From the NCBI GenBank assembly GCA_002269645.1, contig NIVC01003369.1:37455-101454 (forward strand): a stretch of 64,000 nt of DNA, given 5' to 3'. The position numbers and the translations under genes are program-made. Every line of letters starts with the position of its first letter. The first letter of the stretch is position 1. Below are positions 38,301 to 50,282 of the stretch, piece after piece. The notes beneath the pieces were generated by a model. It saw only the letters and a list, made by a program, of their open reading frames with translations, was not told the origin of the DNA and made no database searches. The DNA comes from Macrostomum lignano (taxonomy: Eukaryota).

Positions 38301-41300
38301 CCCCCGACACCCCAGCCAAAACATCCACCCCCGACACCCCAGCCAAAATAACCGCTCCAACACCTCAGCCAAAACAGCCACCCCCGACACCTCAGCCAGA
38401 ACAGCCATCCCAGCAAGAACAGCCACCCCCGACACCACAGCCAGAGCAGCGACCCCAGCCAGAACAGCCACCCCCGACACCCCAGCCAGAACAGCCACCC
38501 CCGACACCACAGCCAGAGCAGCCACCCCAGCCAGAACAGCCACCCCCGACACCCCAGCCAGAACAGCCACCCCAGCCAGAACAGCCACCCTCGACACCCC
38601 AGCCAGAACAGCCACCCTAGCCAGAACAGCCACCCCAGCCAGAACAGCCACCTCAGCCAGAACAGCCACCCCCGACACCCCAGCCAGAACAGCCACCCCC
38701 GACACCACAGCCAGAGCAGCCACCCCAGCCAGAACAGCCACCCCCGACACCACAGCCAGAACAGCCACCCCCGACACCCCAGCCAGAACAGCCACCCCGA
38801 CACCACAGCCAGAGCAGCCACCCAGCCAGAACAGCCACCCCGACACCACAGCCAGAGCAGCCACCCCAGCCAGAACAGCCACCCCCGACACCACAGCCAG
38901 AGCAGCCACCCCAGCCAGAACATCCACCCCCAACACCCCAGCCAAAATAACCGCCCCAACATCTCAGCCAGAACAGCCACCCCAACACCCCAGTCAGAAC
39001 AGCCACCCCAACGCCCCAGCCAGAACAGCCACCCCAACACCCCAGCCAAAATAACCGCCCCAACACCTCAGCCAGAACAACCACCCCCGACACCACAGCC
39101 AGAACAGCCACCCCCGACACCACAGCCAGAACAGCCACCCCGACACCACAGCCAGAGCAGCCACCCCAGCCAGAACAGCCACCCCCGACACCACAGCCAG
39201 AGCAGCCACCCCAGCCAAAACATCCACCCCCGACACCCCAGCCAAAACATCCACCCCCGACACCCCAGCCAAAATAACCGCTCCAACACCTCAGCCAAAA
39301 CAGCCACCCCCCGACACCTCAGCCAGAACAGCCACCCCCGACACCACAGCCAGAGCAGTGACCCCAGCCAGAACAGCCACCCCCGACACCCCAGCCAGAA
39401 CAGCCACCCCCGACACCACAGCCAGAGCAGCCACCCCAGCCAGAACAGCCACCCCCGACACCCCAGCCAGAACAGCCACCCTCGACACCCCAGCCAGAAC
39501 AGCCACCTCAGCCAGAACAGCCACCCCCGACACCCCAGCCAGAACAGCCACCTCAGCCAGAACAGCCACCCCCGACACCCCAGCCAGAACAGCCACCCTA
39601 GCCAGAACAGCCACCCCAGCCAGAACAGCCACCTCAGCCAGAACAGCCACCCCCGACACCCCAGCCAGAACAGCCACCCCCGACACCACAGCCAGAGCAG
39701 CCACCCCAGCCAGAACAGCCACCCCCGACACCCCAGCCAGAACAGCCACCCCAGCCAGAACAGCCACCCTCGACACCCCAGCCAGAACAGCCACCTCAGC
39801 CAGAACAGCCACCCCCGACACCCCAGCCAGAACAGCCACCTCAGCCAGAACAGCCACCCCCGACACCCCAGCCAGAACAGCCACCCTAGCCAGAACAGCC
39901 ACCCCAGCCAGAACAGCCACCTCAGCCAGAACAGCCACCCCCGACACCCCAGCCAGAACAGCCACCCTAGCCAGAACAGCCACCCCAGCCAGAACAGCCA
40001 CCCCAGCCAGAACAGCCACCCCAGCCAGAACAGCCACCCCAGCCAGAACAGCCACCCCAGCCAGAACAGCCACCCCAGCCAGAACAGCCACCCCAGCCAG
40101 AACAGCCACCCCCGACACCCCAGCCAGAACAGCCACCCCAGCCAGAGGCTGTTCAGCAAGAACATCCACCTCAACCCGCTCCGCCTCTTTCCAGGCCGCA
40201 ACGCTCTTATCGTAGCCTGCGCCAGTCTCGTTGCCTTCTCGCTGAAGTCAGTCGACCTGGGCGACAAGCTCACGCTGACCCAGAAGGTCGACTCGAGTTT
40301 GCCGCCGTTCCGCCCGCCCGCCTTTCAGCTTATGAACGGTACGCAGGTGGTGCGCGACGTCTGGCAGATCGTTGGAGTGAGTAAACTTAGGAAGCTTTCT
40401 GGCCGCGTTCATTGTATTGCATATGGGGATCTGAATTCTTAGTTTGGGATTTTGCTATACAATTCCCTCCGCCCACGCCGCAGGACATTGGCATCGGCTT
40501 CGCTGTGGTGCCCTTCATCGGCCTGGTGGAGTCCATCGCTATCGCCCGAGTTTTCGGTGAGCTTCGATAGACTTTTACTAAGCCACTGAGTCGGTCTCAA
40601 ATCCCCAAAATCCTCGCCATCCGCGACAGCTCGCAGCGGCAACTACAGGATCGATGCCAGCCAGGAGCTCATCGCCATCGGCCTGTCCAACTTTGCCGGC
40701 AGCTTTGTGTCCTCCTACCCTGTGACCGGCAGCTTCACCAGGTTGGGCTGTTAGATACGGGCTTTGGGGTGTTAGATATGGTTTTTCAGTGTTATATGGG
40801 TATAGATATGTCTTCGGGTGTTAGATCTGAGCCTTGGGGTGTTAGATATTGATTTGGGGTGTTAGATGTGTTAAATTTTTATGTGTTAGATATGAGCTTT
40901 GGGGTGTTAGATATGGGCTTTTCGGTATTAGATTTGACTTTTGGAAGTTAGATATGAATTTGGGATGGTAGATATAGGCTTCGGTGTTAGATATCGGTAT
41001 TCAATGACTGACCTGTTAGGGTTGTTACTATAGTTATGTGTTTCGGATGTCTTTGTGCTGGGCTCTACCGGTAGTTGTGGACATGAACGTTTGGGTTGCT
41101 GGATGAATATGTGGGCTGTTAGATAAATGTGTGGGTTGTTAGATGAATGTGTGGGCTGTTAGATAAATGTGTGGGTCGTTAGATAAATGTGTCGGCTGTT
41201 AGATAAATGTGTTGGCTGTTAGATAAATGTGTGGGCTGTTAGATATGTGCGTGGGCTGTTAGATAAATGTGTGGGTTGTTAGATAAATGTGTCGGCTGTT

Positions 41301-44300
41301 AGATAAATGTGTTGGCTGTTAGATAAATGTGTGGGCTGTTAGATATGTGCGTGGGCTGTTAGATAAATGTGTGGGCTGTTAGATGAATGTATGGGCTGTT
41401 AGATAAATGTGTGGGTCGTTAGATAAATGTGTCGGCTGTTAGATAAATGTGTTGGCTGTTAGATAAATGTGTGGGCTGTTAGATATGTGCGTGGGCTGTT
41501 AGATAAATGTGTGGGTTGTTAGATAAATGTGTGGGCTGTTAGATAAATGTGTGGGTTGTTAGATAAATGTGTGAGTTGTTAGATAAATGTGTGGGCTGTT
41601 GGACGAATGTGTAGATTGTTAAATGAATGTGTGGGTTGTTAGATAAATGTGTGGGTTGTTAGATATATGTGCTTTTCGGGCAGGATAAATCTAGTTTGTA
41701 TAAATTAGAAATATAATATATAATAGTTCGGGTTCTTAGCTTTTTGTGTAAATCTAGATACAGTTTCAGTGTGTTAGATTCAGTGTAACAAAATGCTGTA
41801 ATAAGGCGATTCTAAACCTGCACTCTTGCTTTCAAGAACGGCTATCAACTACCAAAGCGGGGTTCGAACTCCGGCTGGAGGAATCTTCACGGGTAAATCG
41901 TTGCATTTGGTGCAGAGTTTTTTTAAATTGTCGCCTTTTTGTGCCCATATACTCTACTGTCAGTAGAAACGTGCACATTTTGCTGTTTAAATTGGAATGA
42001 TGGGCTAAAAACGGTGATTTCAGGCACGGTGGTGCTGCTAGCCCTGGCTCTGCTCGGCGACCTGTTCCAGTTCATTCCGCAGGCCGCCCTGGCCGCTGTC
42101 ATCATTGTGGCCGTGCTGCAGATGACCGACTTTCGAATGCTGCGCCGGCTCTGGTTTGTCAGCAGTGAGTTGAGAGGCTGACCTTTGCTGACCTTTGAGC
42201 GGGCACGGAGTTTGTGTTTTATTTATGGTTTTCATCCCGCAGAAACTGACTTGCTCGAATGGCTGGTCACTTTTCTGGTCTCTCTAGCAGCTGGCATTCA
42301 GGTAAAATATTTGTGTCTTAATCATTGTTTTTTAATTATTCATTTCTTCTAGTCCTCAATAGTGAATTCAATTGTGAATTTCATGCATTGCAGTACGGCA
42401 TACTTTGCGGCATGGGACTCTCTTTTGCATTTCTTCTGTACAGATACAGCAGGCCCGGCTTGGAGACTTCTGTGAGTGCATGTGCAACTCTGGCTGTGTG
42501 CATGTCACTGCATGTATAATGTGCAACTCTGGCTGTGTGCATGTCAGTGCATGTATAATGTGCAACTCTGGCTGTGTGCATGTCAGCGCATGTATAATGT
42601 GCAACTCTGGCTGTGTGCATGTCAGTGCATGTATAATGTGCAACTCTGGCTGTGTGCATGTCAGCGCATGTATAATGTGCAACTCTGGCTGTGTGCATGT
42701 CAGCGCATGTATAATGTGCAACTCTGGCTGTGTACATGTCAGTGCATGTATAATGTACAACTCTGGCTGTGTGCATGTCAGTGCATGTATAATGTGCAAC
42801 TCTGGCTGTGTGCATGTCAGCGCATGTATAATGTGCAACTCTGGCTGTGTGCATGTCAGTGCATGTATAATGTGCAACTCTGGCTGTGTGCATGTCAGTG
42901 CATGTATAATGTGCAACTCTGGCTGTGTGCATGTCAGCGCATGTATAATGTGCAACTCTGGCTGTGTGCATGTCAGTGCATGTATAATGTGCAACTCTGG
43001 CTGTGTGCATGTCAGTGCATGTATAATGTGCAACTCTGGCTGTGTGCATGTCAGCGCATGTATAATGTGCAACTCTGGCTGTGTGCATGTCAGTGCATGT
43101 ATAATGTGCAACTCTGGCTGTGTGCATGTCAGCGCATGTATAATGTGCAACTCTGGCTGTGTGCATGTCAGTGCATGTATAATGTGCAACTCTGGCTGTG
43201 TGCATGTCAGCGCATGTATAATGTGCAACTCTGGCTGTGTGCATGTCAGTGCATGTATAATGTGCAACTCTGGCTGTGTGCATGTCAGCGCATGTATAAT
43301 GTGCAACTCTGGCTGTGTGCATGTCAGTGCATGTATAATGTGCAACTCTGGCTGTGTGCATGTCAGCGCATGTATAATGTGCAACTCTGGCTGTGTGCAT
43401 GTCAGTGCATGTATAATGTGCAACTCTGGCTGTGTGCATGTCAGCGCATGTATAATGTGCAACTCTGGTTGTGTGCATGTCAGTGCATGTATAATGTGCA
43501 ACTCTGGCTGTGTGCATGTCAGAGCATGTATAATGTGCAACTCTGGCTGTGTGCATGTCAGTGCATGTATAATGTGCAACTCTGGCTGTGTGCATGTCAG
43601 TGCATGTATAATGTGCAACTCTGGCTGTGTGCATGTCAGTGCATGTATGTGCAACTCTGGCTGTGTGCATGTCAGTGCATGTATAATGTTAAATAAATTA
43701 AATGTAAATTGTTTATTATTTACTGATTATTAATTCAACTATTCAGACGCAGTCCTCCGGCCTGGCCGTGGTAACAGTGAAGTCCGCGGTTCGATTCCCA
43801 GCTGCGGACGGCCTTGAGCTCAGCCTCGTCGCCGCAGCCCAGCCAAGTGAGGGCCGAGTTCGCCACGTTTGCGCCGACCTGTCGCTGGCGACTGGCATCG
43901 ACTTTGCCGTCGTGGAGGCCCTGAAAACTGTGCGGGAGCGGCTGCGGCTCCTCAGTGCCCGCCTCTTCGTGGTGGCTCGCCAGGTGAGTCTCACCTGCCA
44001 CCAGTTCAATCTGGCAGTCTGTTTTTATATGATCTCTCTGACAAATCTCACGTCCCTTTGACAAATCTCACTCCTTTACTACAAATCTCACCTCAGCTAC
44101 AAATCTCACCAATCTAAAGCAAATCTCACCCCTCTGCTACAAGTATCATCCCTCTACTACAAATCTCACCCCTTTACTACAAATCTCACCCCTCTACTGC
44201 AAATCTCACCCCTTTACTACAAATCTCACCCCTCTACTACAAATCTCACCCCTTTACAGCAAATCTCATCCCTCTGCTACAAATCTCACCCCTCTTCTAC

Positions 44301-44960
44301 AAATCTCACTCCTCTACTACAAATCTCACCCCTCTTCTACAAATCTCACCCCTATGCTGCAAATCTCACCCCTCTTCTACAAATCTCACCCCTCTGCTGC
44401 AAATCTCACCCCTCTGCTGCAAATCTCACCTTTCTACTGCAAATCTCACCCCTCTACTGCAAATCTAACCCCTCTACTACAAATCTCACCCCTTTACTAC
44501 AAATCTCACCCCTCTTTTACAAATCTTATTCCTCTTCAGAAAATCCCACTCTTCTAAAAATATCACCCCTTTACAGCAAATTTCACCCCTCTGCTACAAG
44601 TATCATCCCTCTTCTACAAATCTCACCCCTCTACTGCAAATCTAACCCCTCTACTACAAATCTCACGCCTCTTCTAGAAATCTCACCCCTTTCTAAAGAT
44701 CTTATCATTCTACTAAAATCTCGCACCTATTATTTCCTGTTACTAATCCCCCACCCATTCTACTCAATTCTTAAATCTAACCCTCCTCATCTCTACGAGC
44801 TCTGAATCTCTTACGCAGTCCCTAAACGTCTCCCCCTCAGCCCGAGGTGCGCCAAATCCTGGAACAGGCCGGCCTGCCTGTGTTCGAATCCGTGCAGGCT
44901 GCGGAGTCGGGCCTCTCCGCCTCTGCCGGCGCCTCAGAGGTGACGCCGCTGATCACGTGA
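32376..44960 (+). CDS. SLC26A11: SLC26A11-like sulfate/anion transporter, 14 exons (32376-32461, 33754-34153, 34552-34631, 34729-34783, 37244-37352, 40195-40376, 40484-40556, 40630-40741, 41837-41892, 42024-42164, 42243-42301, 42394-42471, 43747-43983, 44841-44960), 595 aa
   Basis: [10 protein letters not shown]; [20 protein letters not shown]...[12 protein letters not shown]...[15 protein letters not shown]; RNAL; [11 protein letters not shown]...[17 protein letters not shown]; C-terminal STAS domain. All splice phases are compatible; exons total 1788 nt. Confidence 0.95.
32490..32835. repeat. 20-bp minisatellite, SLC26 intron 1
   Basis: Unit ATGTGTCTGCAGTGTCTCAG. Confidence 0.93.
33205..33740. 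repeat. 12-bp minisatellite, SLC26 intron 1 (3' end)
   Basis: Unit CCTGAACCATCA; ends ~13 bp before the acceptor. Confidence 0.95.
34165..34525. repeat. 28-bp minisatellite, SLC26 intron 2 (same family as the PLPP intron array)
   Basis: Unit CCTCCCAGATCCTCAGTTGCTGGGCCAG. Confidence 0.96.
34860..35670. repeat. 30-bp minisatellite, SLC26 intron 4
   Basis: Unit GGGACCCCAGCTAAATTTGGGATCAGAGAT. Confidence 0.97.
36080..36575. repeat. 57-bp minisatellite, SLC26 intron 4
   Basis: Unit CCATATGCTCTCTGCCAGGGGTCCATGAGTGAACTATACATCATTGCCGATTCCAGT. Confidence 0.97.
37362..40150. repeat. Complex C/A-rich minisatellite (18-27-bp subunits with higher-order duplication) filling SLC26 intron 5
   Basis: Core CCCCAGCCAGAACAGCCA; a block starting ~38015 recurs at ~38940. 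Confidence 0.97.
40745..41670. repeat. 20-bp minisatellite, SLC26 intron 8
   Basis: Unit AGATAAATGTGTGGGCTGTT, preceded by degenerate GTGTTAGATATGG units starting at the donor. Confidence 0.95.
42475..43690. repeat. Highly homogeneous 39-bp minisatellite, SLC26 intron 12
   Basis: Unit GTGCATGTATAATGTGCAACTCTGGCTGTGTGCATGTCA, ~31 copies, starting at the donor GTGAGTGCATGT. Confidence 0.98.
44035..44700. repeat. 20-bp minisatellite, SLC26 intron 13
   Basis: Unit ACAAATCTCACCCCTCTACT. Confidence 0.95.
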
Positions 44961-45224
44961 CAGCCGGAGCGTCAGGCTCAACAGCATCACATATTCACTG
45001 CTGATTGAAGCTGCGACCGTCTTTTGAACTTGATTCCTCAAGCCACCAGCTCCAATGGTGCTGCAGCCGAATCTAATGCGATTCGTGTTGAAATCTTTGT
45101 AGCTTTTTACTTTGTTTTGTCAGTTTTAGACTTACTCTTACTCGCATATTCATTGCACTCTGTGTGGGAATGAAACAGTGGCTTATGGTAGCTTTCGGGG
45201 TGCTTTATGAGTACTTTCACTGGT

Positions 45225-45685
45225 GATTCTCAGGGTTGTTTTTGGGTGATTCTCAGTGTGGTTTATGGGTGACTCGGGGTTGTTTGGGTAATTCTCAGGG
45301 TGGTTTATGGGTGATTCTCAGGGTGGTTTATGGGTTATTCTCAGTGTGGTTTATGGGTGATTCTCAGTGTGGTTTATGGGTGATTCTCGGGGTGGTTTAT
45401 GGGTGATTCTCGGGGTGGTTTATGGCTGATTCTCGGGGTGGTTTATGGGTGATTCTCAGTGTGGTTTATGGGTGATTCTCGGGGTGGTTTATGGGTGATT
45501 CTCAGTGTGGTTTATGGGTGATTCTCGGGGTGGTTTATGGGTGATTCTCAGGGTGGTTTATGGGTGATTCTCGGGGTGGTTTATGGCTGATTCTCAGGGT
45601 GGTTTATGGGTGATTCTCAGTGTGGTTTATGGGTGATTCTCAGTGTGGTTTATGGGTGATTCTCAGGGTGGTTTATGGGTGACTC
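45225..45685. repeat. 23-bp minisatellite between the convergent SLC26 and PIAS 3' ends
   Basis: Unit GGGTGATTCTCAGTGTGGTTTAT. Confidence 0.95.
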
Positions 45686-46291
45686 TGATTGATTCTTTTG
45701 GATGAGTGAGAGTGACTAACAATATCTCAAGACGGTGCCGACGCTCATGGGTTATAACGGATAATGCTGTACTATAATTGTTTCTTACTGAGGCTGAAAA
45801 CTTCAGCAATATGTACTTGATCAATTGTGAAAGCTGAATGAATTTCGGTTTCAATTCGCTATGTCAATTTCCCCGAAGATGTCCGAATTCTAGCAGATAT
45901 GCCTGATTGATTTCTTTCCACTGATTTTACTGTACACGTTTTGAAATGAAATATACTTTTGTAATTTTATATAATCGTTTTTAATCAAGCAGTTCTCATG
46001 TGGAATATTTAAAAAAAATTAATAAAAAAGGACCTCAGAATTTTGTTGTTTTTTCTATAAAAACATTTGGCTAGGCCAGACGGTTTATAAGAAACGCATC
46101 ATGTGTTTAACGGCACAGTGCAGAGAATCATATAGACTATCTATCCATATAGATTATAGACTATCTATCCATATAGATTATAGACTATCAGACAGTATCG
46201 TCAAGGAAATGATTTCAAGCAGGCAATCGAGCTGGCAAGCAGGGGATGGATGGATGCAGTACGCATAAAAATCAAGTACAAAATGCACTCT

Positions 46292-49200
46292 CTAGTGCTG
46301 CTGCAGGCTGGGCGCGGAGGCGGCCGCCAGCATGGCGGAGATTCGCTGCTGGTCCTGCAGAAACGCCTGCGGCAGCGGGATGGCAGAGCTCGGCGACGGC
46401 TGAACCTGCTGATGGCGGAGATGCTGCTGATGAAGTTGCTGTTGTTGATGAAGCTGCTGTTGTTGATGAAGCTGCTGTTGTTGATGAAGCTGATGTTGTT
46501 GATGAAGCTGCTGCTGATGATGAAGCTGTTGCTGTTGATGAAGCTGCTGCTGATGAAGCTGCTGCGCCAGCTGGGCCGGGGAATTCCTAGCGGAATTTCC
46601 CTGATGCTGATAAGGAGACGAGACAGGAATTCCCTGCGGATTTCCGTAGTTTGGGGGAGGCGTGCGGATTCCCTCATTGCCGCGGATGAGCGACGCCGCA
46701 GTCGGCGGCGGCACCGGCGGATAACGCGACGCCGCCGAGCTGCCCAGGGCGGCGGCGAGCAGCGGCTGCGGCGGATTGCCGACCCGGATGCCACTGTCGG
46801 CATCTCCGGGCTGCTGCTGCTGACTGCGCGGACTCGCCGAGCCGCTGCCAGCCGCAGAGTTGGACGAAGAAGCTGGTCGGTTTGGCCGCTTGGCCGGCGG
46901 TGGCCGGGCAGCAGGAGGCTCCGCCTCGTCGTCCGAGCTGTCCAGCGTGATCACCAGAATGCCGTCCGGCCCAACGCTGGACTTGGCGGCGGGCGCCGCT
47001 GCTGCTGCTGGCCGCTTAGTCGCCGGCTGGACGGTGGGAGCCGCAGGAGTTGCAGGAGCTGTCGGCTGGGTGGCGGGAGCCGCAGGAGCGGCGGGAGGCG
47101 CAGGAGCGGCGGGAGGCGCAGGAGCGGCGGGAGGCGCAGGAGCGGCGGGAGGCGCAGGAGCGGCGGGAGGCGCAGGAGCCGCAGGAGCAGCGGGAGCCGC
47201 AGGAGCCGCAGGAGCGGCGGGAGGCGCAGGAGCCGCAGGAGCAGCGGGCCCGTCCTCGGTCAGGTCGAAGGCCACCACGACTTTGCCGCCGTCGCCGTTT
47301 GACGACTCGACAGTTGCAGCCGCCGCCCCGGGCTGCTCAGCCTCGGCGGGCACCCAGCCGCCGTCGGGCAGGAAGCGGACGGTGTCCACCGGGTCGGCCG
47401 CGGCCTGGGCGGCCAGAATGTCGCGGAAAAGCTCGTCAACGCGCAGGTCGTCCAGCCGGAGCGGCCGGTCGCAGCAGGGGCAGCGCCAGCTGGACTTCCG
47501 CTCGTTCATGGTGAGGAAGACAGAGGCGTCGAAGCACTGCAGGTGCGCGCAGTCGCGGCCCCGCGCCGGGATGCCGATGCGGCTGCGGGTCAGCGGGCAG
47601 CGCAGCGAGGCCGTCAGGTCTGTCAGGGCCACTTCGTCGCCACCGCCGCTGCCGCCAAGCATGTCGACAATTTTAGTCCGGGTGCCGGAGGCTGGGATGG
47701 GGCTGAGCTCCAGCACGCGCTGCGTGAGCTGCTGGGCGGTGAGCGCCCGTGCCAGGCTGACCGTCACGCAGTATCCGGCCAGGGCCGTTGCCGCCTGCTG
47801 GTCCTGCACCCAGCCAACTGTCAGGCGGTTCAGCACCGCGTGCGAGATGCGGCAGTGGCCTGCGGAGCGGCAGATGAATCAGTCATTTTAATCATATGGC
47901 ACGACATCCCAGAACACAGAGCCCTACTGACACACCAGAACACAGAGCCCTACTGACACCCCAGAACACAGAGCCCTATTACTGAAGACTGATACACCAG
48001 AGCCCCATCCCTGACACTCCAGAACCCATCTCTGACACTCCAGAACCATATCCCTGACACTCCAGAACCCCATCCCTGACACTCCAGAACCCATCTCTGA
48101 CACTCCAGAACCATATCCCTGACACTCCAGAACCCCATCCCTGACACTCCAGAACCATATCCCTGACACTCCAGAACCCATCCCTGACACTCCAGAACCC
48201 CATCCCTGACACTCCAGAACCCCATCCCTGACACTCCAGAACCATATCCCTGACACTCCAGAACCCATCCCTGACACTCCAGAACCCCATCCCTGACACT
48301 CCAGAACCCCATCCCTGACACTCCAGAACCCCATCCCTGACACTCCAGAACCATATCCCTGACACTCCAGAACCCATCCCTGACACTCCAGAACCCCATC
48401 CCTGACACTCCAGAACCCCATCCCTGATACTCCAGAACCATATCCCTGACACTAAAGAATCCCATTCCTGACACTCCAGAACCCCATCCCTGACACCGCA
48501 CTCTCACCTGAGATGTTAACTGGGCGCCCCGGCCGCATGGGCACGGAATTCTGCCGGCAGGTGGGCAGCGGCGGTGGCAGGCTGGTCACCTGGTTGGCGT
48601 TGACCGCCAAAGACACGCCTGGCGGGAAACAGTCGGGCAGCTCGCCCGGGCCGATCTTGAAGCAGCGCAGCAGCACCTGGACTCCATAGTCGGTGCGCTG
48701 CCGGCCAACGCCTGGCAGACGGTAGCGGTTCAGAGCCACGGTTTCCGCCTGCTGCCGACTGAGCGAGAACGTCAGCTCAGCTGTCTGCTGCCGGTTGTTT
48801 ATCCGACTTGGCACCAGCGCAGTCGGCGGCATCACCACCTCCAGATGGTCGAAAAACGGATGCGGCTGGGGGGTTACGTCCAGTTGATGGGCTGCTTGAT
48901 GCTGCTGATGCAGAGGGTCGCGCAGCGGGTGAGGCTGGACGGCGGTACGCAGGACAGGGGAACCGCCTGCAAGGGGAACCAGAGAGTCAGTTTGCAGGCT
49001 TTTTTTTACTTTTTGATTAAAGATTTGAAGCTGACTCCCACATGTACGAGACTGCTTTCGTTCATTCTGCTTTCCTCCAGTGCCCCACCCCAATCTGCTA
49101 CACCCAGTGCCCCACCCCAATCTGCTACTCCCAGTGCCCCACCCTAATCTGCTACCCCCAGTGCCCCACCCCAATCTGCTACCCCCAGTGCCCCACCCCA

Positions 49201-50282
49201 ATCTGCTACCCCCAGTGCCCCACCCCAATCTGCTACTCCCAGTGCCCCACCCTAATCTGCTACCCCCAGTGCCCCACCCCAATCTGCTACCCCCAGTGCC
49301 CCACCCCAATCTGCTACCCCCAGTGCCCCACCCCAATCTGCTACTCCCAGTGCCCCACCCCAATCTGCTACTCCCAGTGCCCCACCCCAATCTGCTACCA
49401 GTGCCCCACCCCAATCTGCTACTCCCAGTGCCCCACCCTTATCTGCTACCAGTGCCCCACCCCAATCTGCTACTCCCAGTGCCCCACCCCAATCTGCTAC
49501 TCCGTGCCCCACCCCAATCTGCTACTACTAGAATACTAGATCGTTATCAACTTATCATACTATACTGCCAGTACTAGATCTCAATTATTTAAGTCAAGAG
49601 CACAAAACGCTAGTATAAATAAGTTCGTTCACTTACCCACTGAGCTGGAATCTGCAGTCGCTTGCACAGCAGCGTGGGGCTGCGATGGACGTCTTCGCAC
49701 GCTTAAGCCAGACCCCGGACTGATGCCGACACCAGGGGCTGTATTAGCCGCTTGCGCTTGAGGCTGTTGAAACCGCAGGGCACCGGCTGGAACCGATGCT
49801 AGAGAGCCGCGATAACCACCGGCTGTAACAGAAGCTGCTGCCCGCTGCTGCTGCACAGTTGGAAACTTCATGTGCGTGAAAGATCCACCATTAGACGTTG
49901 GAACAGAGTTGGCAAAGCCATTCTTGGGAAATGCATTGGAAGCTGTTAGTGAGCCAGGCTGCTCTTTGCTGCTTCGGTGTAAAAAACCATTATTAATATC
50001 AGAGGATGAAGCGGGAGCCATACGAGGAGCCTGCATTCTGGACATTGGCATTGGCATCGGCATCGCGCCTGCTGAGCCCACGTTGCCAATTTGTGGTCCG
50101 CGAGCTGTCGAAGCAGTGGCAGCATTGCTGGCGTTTAGCATTTCGGTTCGGCGCCTGCCGATTGTTTCCAGCAATCTGCGACGAGACTCTTGAATGCTGT
50201 AACCGGCCGTTGATAGTGGCGCTCTGTTAGTGTTGTTTGGCATACCGCCTGCGCCTGCTGCATTGTTTGACTGTTGACTCAT
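46292..50282 (-). CDS. PIAS: PIAS/Siz-family SUMO E3 ligase; exons 50282-49637, 48966-48508, 47859-46292; 890 aa
   Basis: PINIT domain (HPFFDHL...VQVLLRCF...DCFPP...RPGRPVNIS); SP-RING SLRCPLTRSRIGIPARGRDCAHLQCFDA...NERKSSWRCPCC; SIM-like ILVITLDSSDDE; Q/H-rich C-terminus. Phase-1 GT-AG introns; exons total 2673 nt. Confidence 0.93.
47900..48495. repeat. 21-22-bp minisatellite, PIAS intron 2
   Basis: Unit TGACACTCCAGAACCCCATCCC; begins ~12 bp inside the donor. Confidence 0.96.
49075..49525. repeat. 27-bp minisatellite, PIAS intron 1
   Basis: Unit CAGTGCCCCACCCCAATCTGCTACCCC. Confidence 0.96.

Noticed and set aside
42368-43733. Four 400+ aa ORFs (and similar long ORFs at 7691-8816, 10050-11087, 14068-14682, 15311-16045, 23407-24599, 26489-27567, 32989-33645, 34648-35808, 36056-36578, 37187-40273, 47924-49577)
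   Set aside because: They are translations of stop-free tandem units, open in several frames at once, and most lie inside introns of well-supported genes.
41855-43805. B-box-like strings GGTTCGAACTCC (~41862) and GGTTCGATTCCC (~43787)
   Set aside because: Both fall inside SLC26 coding exons (GVRTP, AVRFP) with no A-box or cloverleaf; not tRNA genes.
46125-46192. Short ~28-bp direct duplication TATAGACTATCTATCCATATAGAT
   Set aside because: Only about 2.4 copies in 3' UTR/intergenic DNA; ordinary slippage.
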